Source: a virus
Taxonomy: Duplodnaviria > Caudoviricetes
Direction: 5' to 3' (one strand)
Length of the DNA: 64,000 nucleotides
Virus record (IMG/VR): IMGVR_UViG_2706795344_000001
Span: 1-64,000 of that record
The notes beneath the pieces were generated by a model. That model was given only the letters and a program-made list of their open reading frames with translations, was not told the origin of the DNA and searched no databases. A program made the translations under genes and the position numbers. Below are positions 15,399-27,500 of this stretch, piece after piece. Every line of letters starts with the position of its first letter. Position 1 is the first letter of the stretch.

Positions 15399-16759
15399 TG
15401 GACTTTTTACAGTTCTCTCAACTACTTTTCGATAATCAACTATTAGCGAGTGAGGGTACGGTTAGAGAGGTATATGAAAAATACCAACTAGCCATCCAAC
15501 ACACTCCAGAATATGTAGGTTTGTCTAAGAAAGTTACCATGGAAACTGAGTATAACACAAAAGTTTTCAAAGGTACTGATGGTACAAAATACGGACTTCT
15601 GCCTGTTAAGGGTGCTTTAGTTTACGAGGAAACAGGTTGGGAAGCTTTATGTGGAATGACCTCATATGAAGGTCTACAAGCTAAAGCTGAAAGGATGATT
15701 AATAAAGATGGCGTAGAGCACATTATCCTTGAGTTGAACTCAGGTGGTGGTATGGCCTACGGATGTTTTGAGACAGCTCAATACGTCAAGAATCTTGCTA
15801 GTCAAAATGATGTCAAGATCACAGCATATGTCGATGGAGTTGCCTTCTCTGGTGGCTACGCTTGGTGCTGTATCGCTGATGAAGTGATTGTAAATCCAAT
15901 GGCTAAAGTTGGTTCTATCGGTGTTGTCCTTCCTTTGGTCAATAGATCAGAGCAAGACAAAAAAGAAGGTATCGAAAGAATTTACATCACTGCTGGTAAA
16001 AGTAAAGTTCCTTTCGATAAGGACGGCAAGTTTACCAAAGAGGCTTTAAGTGACATTCAGAAAGATGTCATGGTCACTTACGATATGTTTGTCGATCATG
16101 TTGCAGACATGAGAGGCATGAGTCGTGATGATGTCATGGATACAGAAGCTAAGACATTCGGAACGAAGGATGCTCTTAAATTAGGTCTTATCGACTATGT
16201 TATGACCAAAGAGCAGTTTTATGAACATTTAGGAAATTTTAATGGAGATACTAGTATGAGTATTACAGCATTACAGAACAAAAGCAAGGAACGAGTTGAA
16301 GGCGCTGACGCTGGTACTCAAGTAGAAGGTGCAGATTCACCTGTAATGATTAATTTGGTTGAACAAATTAAAGGCTTGAAATTAGACGTTCAAAATCGAG
16401 ATACAGAAATCTCAACATTGACGGGTCAGGTAACAACATTAACTACTCGAAATCAAGAGTTAGAGAAACAATTGGCAGAAGCTAAAGTAGCTGCTGACGC
16501 TTCAACTAAAGAAGCACGAGAAGCTAAGATTGCTCAATTTGTTGCTGCTGATGATGTTGCTGAACATATGGAATTCGTAGCTGACTTTGACAAAGATAAG
16601 TTTGACAAGTACGTAGCTCATTTAGAAAAAGAACACGCTAAGATTGAGAGTTCATTTGAAGAACAGGGCCAACAAGCTTCTGCTGATGATGATCAACCAG
16701 AACTGAGTGTTGAAGAAAAGATGCTTGCTCGAATTCAGGCACGTAAGCAAGGTAAGTAA
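15398..16759 (+). CDS. Prohead protease (S49/SppA-like) with C-terminal scaffold
   Basis: LNSGGG, AFSGGY, VGSIGV; coiled-coil C-terminus. Confidence 0.92.
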   Translation: MDFLQFSQLLFDNQLLASEGTVREVYEKYQLAIQHTPEYVGLSKKVTMETEYNTKVFKGTDGTKYGLLPVKGALVYEETGWEALCGMTSYEGLQAKAERMINKDGVEHIILELNSGGGMAYGCFETAQYVKNLASQNDVKITAYVDGVAFSGGYAWCCIADEVIVNPMAKVGSIGVVLPLVNRSEQDKKEGIERIYITAGKSKVPFDKDGKFTKEALSDIQKDVMVTYDMFVDHVADMRGMSRDDVMDTEAKTFGTKDALKLGLIDYVMTKEQFYEHLGNFNGDTSMSITALQNKSKERVEGADAGTQVEGADSPVMINLVEQIKGLKLDVQNRDTEISTLTGQVTTLTTRNQELEKQLAEAKVAADASTKEAREAKIAQFVAADDVAEHMEFVADFDKDKFDKYVAHLEKEHAKIESSFEEQGQQASADDDQPELSVEEKMLARIQARKQGK

Positions 16760-16805
16760 TTAATTTTACTTCCCTACACTAACTTATTTTTAAAAGGATT
16801 GATAT

Positions 16806-17297
16806 ATGGAAATTTTAAAGTTTCAAAAAGTATTCCCAACATTCGGTGATGTTTTCCAACACGAAATTGGTGCTGTAATTGGTTACACACGTGAGACGGT
16901 TAAGGTTACTGGTACTGCTGGGCAAAGACTTGTAATCGGTGATCTATTGGTCATGGATTCTCATACAGCGAAAGTTGCCACTATCCCTGCTGATATCGCT
17001 GCTATGAAAGACGCTGCTGTATTGGGTGTATATGCTGGTAATGAAGCTTATCAGAATATGAATACAGATGACCCTACATACAACCACAACGTAACCGAGT
17101 TTGCTGAAGGTCGTTTGACACAAGATGTTGTTGTTATTCACCGTGGCCCAATTGGTGTAGCTGGTGGTGGTAAAGCTGGTACAACTAAGCACTTCACTGG
17201 TCTTAAGTTCCCTGCTGGTACAGTACGTGCTGATATCGAAGCAGTACACGACAAGCTTCGCTTGCAAGGCTTTAAGATTTTACGTCAAGTACCTTAA
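16806..17297 (+). CDS. Head decoration protein
   Basis: Lies between protease and capsid genes; YTRETVKV...IGDLL pattern. Confidence 0.7.
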   Translation: MEILKFQKVFPTFGDVFQHEIGAVIGYTRETVKVTGTAGQRLVIGDLLVMDSHTAKVATIPADIAAMKDAAVLGVYAGNEAYQNMNTDDPTYNHNVTEFAEGRLTQDVVVIHRGPIGVAGGGKAGTTKHFTGLKFPAGTVRADIEAVHDKLRLQGFKILRQVP

Positions 17298-17352
17298 TTG
17301 GTACTTCGACTAGGATACAGATTTTTCAACAGAATAAAGGAAGTTTATAAAT

Positions 17353-18447
17353 ATGGCTAGAGATATCATCAACCCAAAAGACACTACAGCGATTCTACAA
17401 TTAAATGCTGTAATCAATGAGCTTGACACTAACGTCGGGTTTATCATGAACTCAGGGTTGTTTACAGAGGAATTGACACCACGTGATACGATCGTGGAGC
17501 AGATCAATAAACAGGACAAGCGAGGGATGCTTGGTTTAACGAGTCGTCGTGAACGAAACAAAGTTAAACAGACTCGTCGTGAGACTGAAGCTTGGTCGAT
17601 TCAAATTCCATACCAAGAAACAATCGAAGACGTGACTAAGGAAGACGTATTCCAAGTTGCGAAAGATTGGGAAACAGCGACTGAAGATCAAGTAATGGAT
17701 GTTTACGAACGTAAATTAGTTCCAATGAAAGAATCGATTGAGAATGCTCGTGAGTATATGTACTGGACAGCTGCTCAAGGTCGTACACGTAACCCTAAAA
17801 ACGGTAACGTAATTCTTGATATGTTCGCTAAGACAGGCGTGACTCGTCCAGTGATCAACATTGACTTGACAGACATGTCATTGAACTTGCTTGTGTTAAT
17901 GGGTGAGATTCGTAACCGTGTAATGAGAGATAATAAACGTGGTAGCTCACAAGGCATCATCGAAATCTTCGTTACTCAAGACGTGTTTACTAAGTGGGTT
18001 TCGCATCCTTCTGTAATCGCTGCATACCAAATGGCTTACCAAGGTCGTGGTAAAGAGTTCATTGATACAGTGGCTCGTCCATTCGGTACATTATCTCGTG
18101 GTGCTTATGGCCTTGTGTCAGAGTTCGAACATGATGGTGTACGTTTAATCGTAGCTCCACAAACATTCATCCTTGAAGATGGCGACATCTATGATGATGG
18201 TACATACGATGAAGTTCCAGCTGTTGAAAAAGACTCTGGCTTCGCTGTAGTTCGTGGTGTTCGTGATGCTTTCCGCGCTCAGTTCTCACAAAGTAACGAC
18301 TTGATGGGTGGTGGACTTGCGAAAGTGTACGCTTGGCGTTCAGAGATCAAAGACAATGCGTACTTTGAAATGACTGCAAGCTCAGCTCCAATGGCTTACA
18401 CAACAGCTCCAGAGCTTTGCTACGAGTTCAAATTCAAAACTGCTTAA
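17353..18447 (+). CDS. Major capsid protein (lambda gpE-like)
   Basis: 364 aa, strongly biased codons, position, SAPMAYTTAPE C-terminus. Confidence 0.9.
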   Translation: MARDIINPKDTTAILQLNAVINELDTNVGFIMNSGLFTEELTPRDTIVEQINKQDKRGMLGLTSRRERNKVKQTRRETEAWSIQIPYQETIEDVTKEDVFQVAKDWETATEDQVMDVYERKLVPMKESIENAREYMYWTAAQGRTRNPKNGNVILDMFAKTGVTRPVINIDLTDMSLNLLVLMGEIRNRVMRDNKRGSSQGIIEIFVTQDVFTKWVSHPSVIAAYQMAYQGRGKEFIDTVARPFGTLSRGAYGLVSEFEHDGVRLIVAPQTFILEDGDIYDDGTYDEVPAVEKDSGFAVVRGVRDAFRAQFSQSNDLMGGGLAKVYAWRSEIKDNAYFEMTASSAPMAYTTAPELCYEFKFKTA

Positions 18448-18469
18448 TCTTTGATTGAGTAAATAATGT

Positions 18470-18497
18470 GAGGGGCCGTTTTGGTCCCTCCTATTTG
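18470..18497 (+). terminator. Terminator or attenuator after the capsid gene
   Basis: GAGGGGCC-GTTTT-GGTCCCTC followed by a T-rich tail. Confidence 0.65.
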
Positions 18498-18516
18498 TTT
18501 GGAGTTTTTAATAACT

Positions 18517-21500
18517 ATGGATAATTTAGACAATGGCTTAGAGTTATTATCAGGTAAATTAGTAGTCTTATTCTTGACTTATGCTTTAGCTCTTGAAGCT
18601 TGTGTTAACTTCCCAGCTGGAACCAGAGTTAAGGTAACAAATGACCCTAATCCAGACCTTAATGGTGAATATACTTGGGATGGTACAAAGTTAGTAAAAA
18701 CTACAAATAATACACTTGAGAAAGCTAAGGATGAAGCTGAGAAACTTGTAGATGACAAGCTTGAAACAGTTCTTACTCCAGACAAGATTCTTGATATTAT
18801 CTCTGGTCTTATCACAGAGAGTGAATTAGATCAACATTTAAGACAACGTATTGATAGAATTGAAAGCGTTGCTCCAATCATTGAAGACCTTAAGAGAGAA
18901 GCTGACGCTGTTAAAAAAGATTTAGATGAGCAATTGTTCTTCTTAGAGTCAGACTATAACAATCTTAAGAGTTACGTCACAAGCCTAGAACTTGAAATTA
19001 ACACAGATTTTGCTGGAGTTAAACAACAGATTCAGGACCTCCGAGATCAAGTTAACGCTGATTTCCAAGCTGTACAACAACGTATCGATCAGATTCAAGC
19101 TGAAGTAGAAGCTAAGTGGTTAGAGATTGATGCAGACCTTAAAGCTGCTCAAGACCGTATTGATGCCATTCAAGCTGAAATTGATGCAAAATGGATTGAA
19201 GTTGACCAGATTAAAACTGATTTAAATAAAGAAATCACTGATCGTATTGCTGCTGTAAGAGCTGAAACTGAAGCACGTGTAGCTGATATTCGTTTGCTTA
19301 ATGATGGATTGACTAAAGAAATCAAAGAGCGTAGAGATGGAGATGCTGCATTACTTCTTAACATTGAGAACTACAAAACATCAAATGATGCTGCACTTGC
19401 TAACGTTCGTGAAGAAATCAAAGTTGCTGTAGACACATCAAATGCCACTGCTGAGAAAGTTGTTGCTTTAGATGCTCGTGTCAAGGTTGCTGAAGATAAT
19501 TCAGGGAAAGCTTTAGAGAACTCTGCTGCTGCTGTTAGTAAAGCTCAAACTGCTGTTGACCAATCAACTGCTACTGCATCTCGTGTTGACTCTTTAGAAG
19601 CTGATGTGATTAAAGCTGTTGATGATTCTGGTATTGCTATCAAGAACTCTGCTACAGCATTACAACAATCACAAGCTGCTGTTGATAAAGCAACTGCTAC
19701 AGCTAATCAGGTCACAATCGTTGAAGCCAAGTTAAACACAAAGAATTCAACATACAGACAAAATACAGCTCCTACAAAAACCTCACATCCAAACCTTACT
19801 GAAGGTGATATTTGGATTAACCCAGCTGCTAAGAATGAACAGAAGCGTTGGAATGGTGCTGCTTGGGTTGACATTAATGACGTTCGAGTTGGTGAGAATG
19901 CTACTGCTATCTCTAAACTTGAATCAGCTGTAAAAACTCAAGGTGATACAATTACAGCCGTGTCTACCAAGGTTGATAGCTTAGAAGCATCAATTGGTGA
20001 TATGGCAACATCGGAAGCTTTAGAGCAGTTAAAGACAACTGTTGTTAAACAGGGTACAGACATCGTAGCTAACGCTGATAAGATCGTTGCTCTTGAAACA
20101 ACTGTTGGTAAAAACCAAGAGGCAAACTCTAAAGCTCTACAAGATTTAAACACACGTGTTGACAAGACTGATGAGAAAGTAGCTGCTAATGCTAGTGCTA
20201 TCACATCGTTAAACTCAACTGTGAATGCTTCATTAAATGCTGTCAACATTACAGCTGATTTGGACTTAGATAAAGATGTAACCTACTATTTAAAGAGTGG
20301 TGAAATTGCTAAGGCTCCAGATGATGCTGGTACTACACAACGTGTTATCAAGATTGGTAACAACGCTGGTAATGACACATTATGGATGCACCCAAATACG
20401 TTCTTACCATATGACCCTGACGTTATGTATAAGGTTCGTGCTAAGGTAAGACGTGCTGCTGGTAGCGGTGTTTTCTACATTGGTATTGCTGCAAAGAATG
20501 CTGATAAAACTAAATATGTAACTACTGCCAACGCATTAGTCGATGACATGAATTCATCATCATACTTAGTTCAAGCAAATACAGCAACAATGCCTGTAGG
20601 TCAATGGGTAGAGTTTGAATGGTACATTAAAGGCCGTTCAACTGGTTCAGCTTTATTACCTCCAACATATGGAACGGTAGATAAGCCTGTACAATTACCT
20701 AGACAAGCTGGATACGTCAGCCCAATGCTTATTGCGAATTATGGTAACTTGGCTGGTATCGTTGATGTAGCTTATGTGGTTCTTGAAACTGCTGAAGCAT
20801 ACAAGGCTATCTCTGCTAATGCTAACGCTTTAAGTTCATTGAAAACTGATGTGCAAAAGAATGCTGATGGCATCAAAGCTGTCGGTGAAGCTGTAACAAA
20901 CGTTGAAGCTTCTGTTAAGAATATGGACATTGGTGGACAAAACCTTTGGACTATTTACAACAAACAGTTTGTACAATCTGTCTCAGCTAGTGCCCCTTAC
21001 ATTAACCTTGAATGGTTGAGTGAGAGTGAAGAATGGTATAAAGCAACTCTTACAAAAGATATTGCCAATTACCAACATTACTTCATTAATATCATAGCTG
21101 ACACATCATACCCGATGGTCGTAGGTGAGGATTACACAGTAAGCTTTGAAATGAGAGCTTCTAAGGTTGCTAAGATTTATCAAATCCTAGCCTATTTCGG
21201 TGGTTTATCAACTATCGCAAATACAACTACCTCAACTACTACAGATTGGCAGACAATCACATTGACAGGTAAAGCAAATGGCACTGCTACAAATGGTTCT
21301 TACCAATTGTTTGGTTTCACATTGCTTAAGTCAGAGGGTTGGACTACTAACGATTGGTATGAAGTTAGACGTGTTCAGTTACAGAAAGGGAATAAGGCAA
21401 CCCGTTACCAAAAAGCACAAGCTGGTTTAATTGCTGGCATTAAAGCAAATGCTCAAGCATTCTCAACTTTAAATGCTACAGTGAAGACTCAAGGAGATAC

Positions 21501-24500
21501 CATCTCATCTCAAGGTCAAGCCATTACAGGTCTTGATACTAGAATCAACAATATGGATGGTGTGGTACAAGGTCAAGCTACTGCAATTGATGAATTGAAA
21601 ACTACTGTTAAACAACAGGGTGATTCGATTACAGCAAATAGCCAAGCAATCGTTGGGTTAAAGTCTGATATCGCTGGTAAAGCTGATTCTAAAGCCTTAC
21701 AAGACTTGACAACACGTGTTGAAAAAGATGAAGAAAAGATCGCTTCAAATGCTTCAGCTATTACATCATTGAATTCGACTGTAAATGCATCTGTGAATGC
21801 AATCAACATTACAGCTGATTTAGACTTAACAACAGATGTTCAATTCTGGAGAAATACAGGTGAAGTTGTTAAGGTAGATTCTGGTGTCGGTACTACAGGA
21901 CGTGTCATTAAACTTGGTGACAATAACGGTAACGATAACGTGTGGATGCATCCTAAAGCAATGCTCCCATTTGACCCAGATGTGATGTACAAAGTTAGAG
22001 CTAAGATTCGTCGTGTTTCTGGTGCTGGTACTATCTATGTTGGTGTTTCTGCTAAGAACTCAACTAAGACCAAGTACGTAACAACAGGCAATACATTAGC
22101 TGATGATATGGGTTCATCAATCTACTTACTATCTGGCTCTGCTCCAGCTCTAGGTCAGTGGATGGAGTATGAATGGTATGTTAAAGGTCGCTCTACTGGA
22201 GCTGCTGTCATCCCTGCTACAAATACTCCAGAAAGCCCAGCTCAAATGCCAGCACAAACTGGTTACTTCACCCCTATGGTGATTGGTAACTACCAAAGTG
22301 CAGCTGGTGAGGTTGAAGTTGCATATGTTGTATTAGAGACAGCGGAAGCTTATAAAGCTATTACAGCGAATGCCAATGCTCTTACATCACTTAAGACTGA
22401 TGTACAGAAGAATGCCGATGGTATTAAGGCTGTTGGTGAAGCGATTACTAATGTCGAAGCTGGAATTTCTAACATCGATATTGGTGGACAAAATTTATGG
22501 AGTGTTTATAGAAAGCCTCTTTCACAGTCACAAATTGGTGCTCCTTATTTGAGTATTCAATGGCTTGAGGATGACCCAAATGGTTCTAATGACCCAAATA
22601 TTCGTTGGAACACCGCTAGTGAAGAATGGTACAAGGCTACTCTTACAAAAGATGTAAACTTTTACCAACACTACTTCACAGGTATGATGGGTGACACAAG
22701 ATATCCTATAGCTGTTGGTGAAGAATACACCGTATCGTTCGAAATGAGAGCATCTAAAGCTATCCCAATTGCAGCCGTTTTAGCTTATTTTGGGGCATTG
22801 TCAACAATTGTCAAATCTGGCGAAACTACCTCAACAGATTGGAAGACTTACAGTTTTACAGCCAAAGCGAACGGAACTCAAGTAAGTGGTTCTTACCAAT
22901 TGTTTGGATTTAATCTAAATAAATCTGACGGTTGGACTGTTAATGACTGGTACGAAGTTAGACGTGTTCAGTTACAGAAAGGGAATAAAGCAACTAGATT
23001 CCAAAAAGCTCAGAATGGCTTGATTACTAGCATCGTTGCTAATTCACAGGCTTTCACGAATTTAAGTGCTACTGTTAAAACTCAAGGTGACACGATTACC
23101 TCACAAGGTTTAGCGATCACAGGGTTAAGACAGGATGTTGATGGTAAAGCTTCAGCACAAGCCTTACAAGAGTTGAAAAACACTGTTGTAACACAAGGTG
23201 ATGCGATTGCTTCACAAGGGCAAGCTATTACATCTTTGGATAACACAGTTAAGATTTCAGCTAAGGCTGGAACCAACTTATTGATCAACTCGAATGTTGT
23301 TGGTACTTATGATGGTGTGGGATACCCTCACGTCGTCTACAATCTTGGAGAAGATTTTGAAGTAGGTGTGCAGTACTCATTAATTTGGTGTGCTGAACAT
23401 AAGAGAGGTACAGGAGATACAAACTCATCACTTGCTGTATATGCTGGTGGTGGTTCTCAAACCCTCCAATCTGTGGTGAATACAAATGGTAAGGTTGTTA
23501 ACAGAATCACTTTTGTTAAAAACTCTGCCAACTTATCACCTAAGAACTTAAACTTCTACATGATTAATAGGCCACCAGCTAGTGCTGGCTCTGTGGGTAC
23601 AGTATATTGGGCTGTTCTGGTTAAAGGACCTTCTGTATTAACAGATGTTTGGATTCCAAGCCCTTATGATTATATCCCACAAGCAACGGCTAATGCGAAT
23701 GCTATTACAGGGCTACAAACTGATGTAAAAGCGAATGGAGATAGTATCAAGATTCAGGCTGAGCAGCTTACTGGTGTTAAAGCAACTTTAGGTGCTCATG
23801 ATACAGATAGTTTGGCATTAGACTACAACACAGCTACTCCTTCGGTATGGGAGAGTTATTACAGTTATGATATGAAGCAGTACTTCAAAACTACTACTTC
23901 AGGGAAGATTGGTCCTAACGTATTTAGGAAGGATACAACAAACCCAGCAAACTGCTTTAACTTCAACCTATCGAAAATCCCTAACAATAGACCTTACAAG
24001 GTATCGTTCTGGGCAAGGAGAAGTGCTGATTCTACAGGAAGATTTGAAATTCCTGTTAGATATGTTAGAGCTGATGGTTCTGTAAGTAACGTTGGTGGTG
24101 GTTATGGAGCTTACCCAATTACTCCAGCAATTCCAAACAATGAAGTTTGGACATTTGTTGAGATGGTAATTGATGCTTCTAAAGTAGCTGATGCTCCACA
24201 AATTCAGTTTGGTATCGCTCTTGGTCATACTGGTACTTCTGGTTGGTCAGAGATGCAAGGTTACAAAGTTTCTCCTGTATTAAATGCTGGGGATATGGAT
24301 GCAACTGTTGCTACAGCTGAAGGACTCCAAAATCTTAAGACTACGGTTGATAAGAATGGAGAGGACATCAAGGCACAAGGTCTTGCCATCACTGGACTTG
24401 ACGCTAAGATCGCTGGTAAAGCTGATGCACAAGCCGTTTCAGAATTGAAGGCTACTGTAGATCAACAAGGTAAAGATATCACATCTAACTCACAAGCAAT

Positions 24501-27500
24501 CACTAAGGTTGACTCAAGAGTTGATGGATTAAATACAGGTAATTTAAACCTTATCGCTAAGGGCAAATGGTTGAACCCTGCCATGAGTAGAGTTAACCAG
24601 AAAGATAATTACTCGTTTACCTTGAAAGATGCTACTGCACCATTCACTGATGATTGGGCGAGATTTGGTACATTCCCAGAGTTTAACGTTGGGACAAGAT
24701 ACACATTCTCATTCAAGATTAAAGTGAATGACTCTGTTGTTACAAACGTTGGTGGACACATCAATGGATTTGTAGCTGAGAAAGTACTTCTTGATGGTGT
24801 AGTTGTTGCTGGTTCTACATACACTGCTGGTACACCTATCGTTATTCCAAATGATAGTAAGTTCCATACAGTGACAGTGATTATGAATCGCACTGGTGCT
24901 GATACTGGTATTTACATTCAGCCAAACCGTGTAACTTCATTTGACAAAGCTTATGATGTAACAATCAAAGAAGTGATGTTGACTGAAGGTAACATGCAGA
25001 CTGGATGGACAGCTCCTCCAGATTACTTAGGTGATCAGGTTGAAGCTTCAGCGTCAGCATTGTCTGGATTGACTACTGAAGTTAGCAGAATTGATGGTGT
25101 TGTTAAGACACAAGGTACAGATATTGTCAATATCAAGACAGCTCTTGGTGGCAAAGCTGATGCTAGTGCGCTTCAAACATTACAAGGTACTGTTATCCAG
25201 CAAGGTAAGGATATCACAGCAAATTCTCAAGCTTTAACTGGTTTAGAGTCTAATTTGAATGATGTTCAAGCCTCTACTGGACAGAACTTAATCTGGAATG
25301 GTGACTTCACTGATGGACTTAACAATTGGGCCTTGAATGGTACTACAACTGGTATGTCGGTTTACGATTGGACAGCTAGGGGTACTAAATGGGGTAGATA
25401 TGTAAGTTCCGATACCACTACACAGTTTAAAGGGATTAGACAGGTTGTTGGCCTTGCGAAAGGTTTAAAACCTAATATGACCTACACCTTAAGTTTTTCG
25501 GCTCATGGTAATGCTGGCTCTATCGATAAAAACATCGGTGTGATCATCCATAGAACTGGTTCAACATCTGGTAACAACCAAGTTTCTGGTGGACCATTTG
25601 TTACTCCAGCTGGTGTTACAAGACACTCTATGACTTTCAACACTGATGGTATTACAGATTTAGTTCAGTTAAACGTCATCTTCTATGCTTACACTGGATA
25701 TGCTCCAGACTTCTTTATTACTGAAGTTCAGTTAGAGGAAGGTAAGGTAGCTACTGGATTTAAAAAATCCAATACAGAGATGATTAGTGGTATTAGCGCG
25801 AATGCTCAAGCTGTAACACAATTACAGACTACTACTAAGAATCAAGGTGATGCAATTACAGCACAAGGTAAGCAGATTACTGATATTAGTGTTCGTATCA
25901 ATAACATGGAGAAAGATAACCTTCTTAACCCATTTAAAGATGCAACAAATACAGGAAATCAATACTTGCAATTGTCGATTCCTTTGAAGGAGCCTATCAC
26001 TATTAAAACTGGTGAGAAGATTTCTGTAAGAGGTAAGGTTTCTATTGAGCATCCTAATGCTTTAACAGATTCGCAAGGTGTTGCATTTTATCTTGAAGGT
26101 AGTCCAAGGTTTACATCTATCCCGTTACTTAAACAAGGTCCAGACCAAATGTTTGAAGGTACATTGATTGTACCAGATATCAACAACGGTCGTGTTATTA
26201 GTAACTTGAATGTCTACTTCTACCCATCGGGTACTGCTGTTGCGACAACTAAAGTTACATTACATTGGGCTGAATTGTTTAGAGGTGAGTCAATCATTGG
26301 TGGTACAGCTTCGGCAGTACAATCATTGAGTGCTACAGTGACACAGAATGGTAAGGATATTGTCTCACAAGGGCAAGCAATTACCCAACTTAAATCATCT
26401 GTAAACACCTTAGAAGGGCAGATGGGACAGAAAGCTGATGCTTCAGCTCTGAACAACTACTATACCAAAGCTCAAGCTGATACAGCTATAGCTGGAAGGA
26501 TTACAGAGTTTAGCAGCTCATTAATCATCGGTGGTGATAACGTACTTTATAACTCAGAAGCTCCTAGAAGCTCAACAGCGACATCAAACAGAGAGTATTT
26601 ACTGTACGAGAGAAGTAAAGAGCTTAAAGCTTTCTACGATCAAAATCTTGGACAACAAATCTCTATCTCGTTTGAATTAAGTGTACCTGTTGCTGGTACT
26701 GTTCAAGTTTATTCTTCGAATGGTTCTGCTCATACGTACACAGGTTCTGTTGTAGTAGCTGCTGCTGATGTTGGTAAGTTTAAACGTTATGAACTTCAAG
26801 TTACTCCTGTAGCACATGGTACAACACCAAATGCTCCAGAATCGACTTTAGAGTTCTATGGTGTGTACGGTACTGGACGTATTCCAACAGTTCGTAAAGT
26901 ACAAGTTCAAGCTGGTAACAAGGCTACTGCATGGAGTCCAAGTCCACGAGACAATACAGCACTCCTTGACGGTAAGATCACTGCTAATACAACAGCTATC
27001 GGTAAGGTTGAGACAAGAACAGCTACTCTTGAAGGAACTGTTGAAACTCAAGGTACTGATATTCGTGCTCTTCAAAGTAAAGTCAACGACCCTGTTAAGG
27101 GTATTGATGCTACTGCGATTGCTATGGGTAAATTGGATACAAGAGTCAAAACTACTGAAGACAGCATTGTTGCTCAAGGTAAGTCTATTACTCAAGTTGA
27201 AGCTGACCTTAAGAATATCACTGCTGGTGGTAGCAACTTACTTAAGAATGGTAACTTTGCTTCAACACCTGATCTAGCGAATTGGGGAAATTGGGGTGGT
27301 ACAAATGCTACTCGCTCTGTGACAACTATCTCAGGTAAAAAATGGGTTAGAATCACAGCGAATAACACAGCGACATTCCGTGGTATTTCACAAGCAACAC
27401 CTGTTAACTCGTTTAAACGTGGTGTTCAGTACACAATCACATTTACAGCTCAGTCTGTAGGTGCTACTGGTGGTGTACAACTTGTGATTCACCAAACTGG

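Noticed and set aside
18481-18516. Upstream TTG start for the giant ORF
   Set aside because: It lies within the terminator hairpin; ATG 18517 has the RBS.
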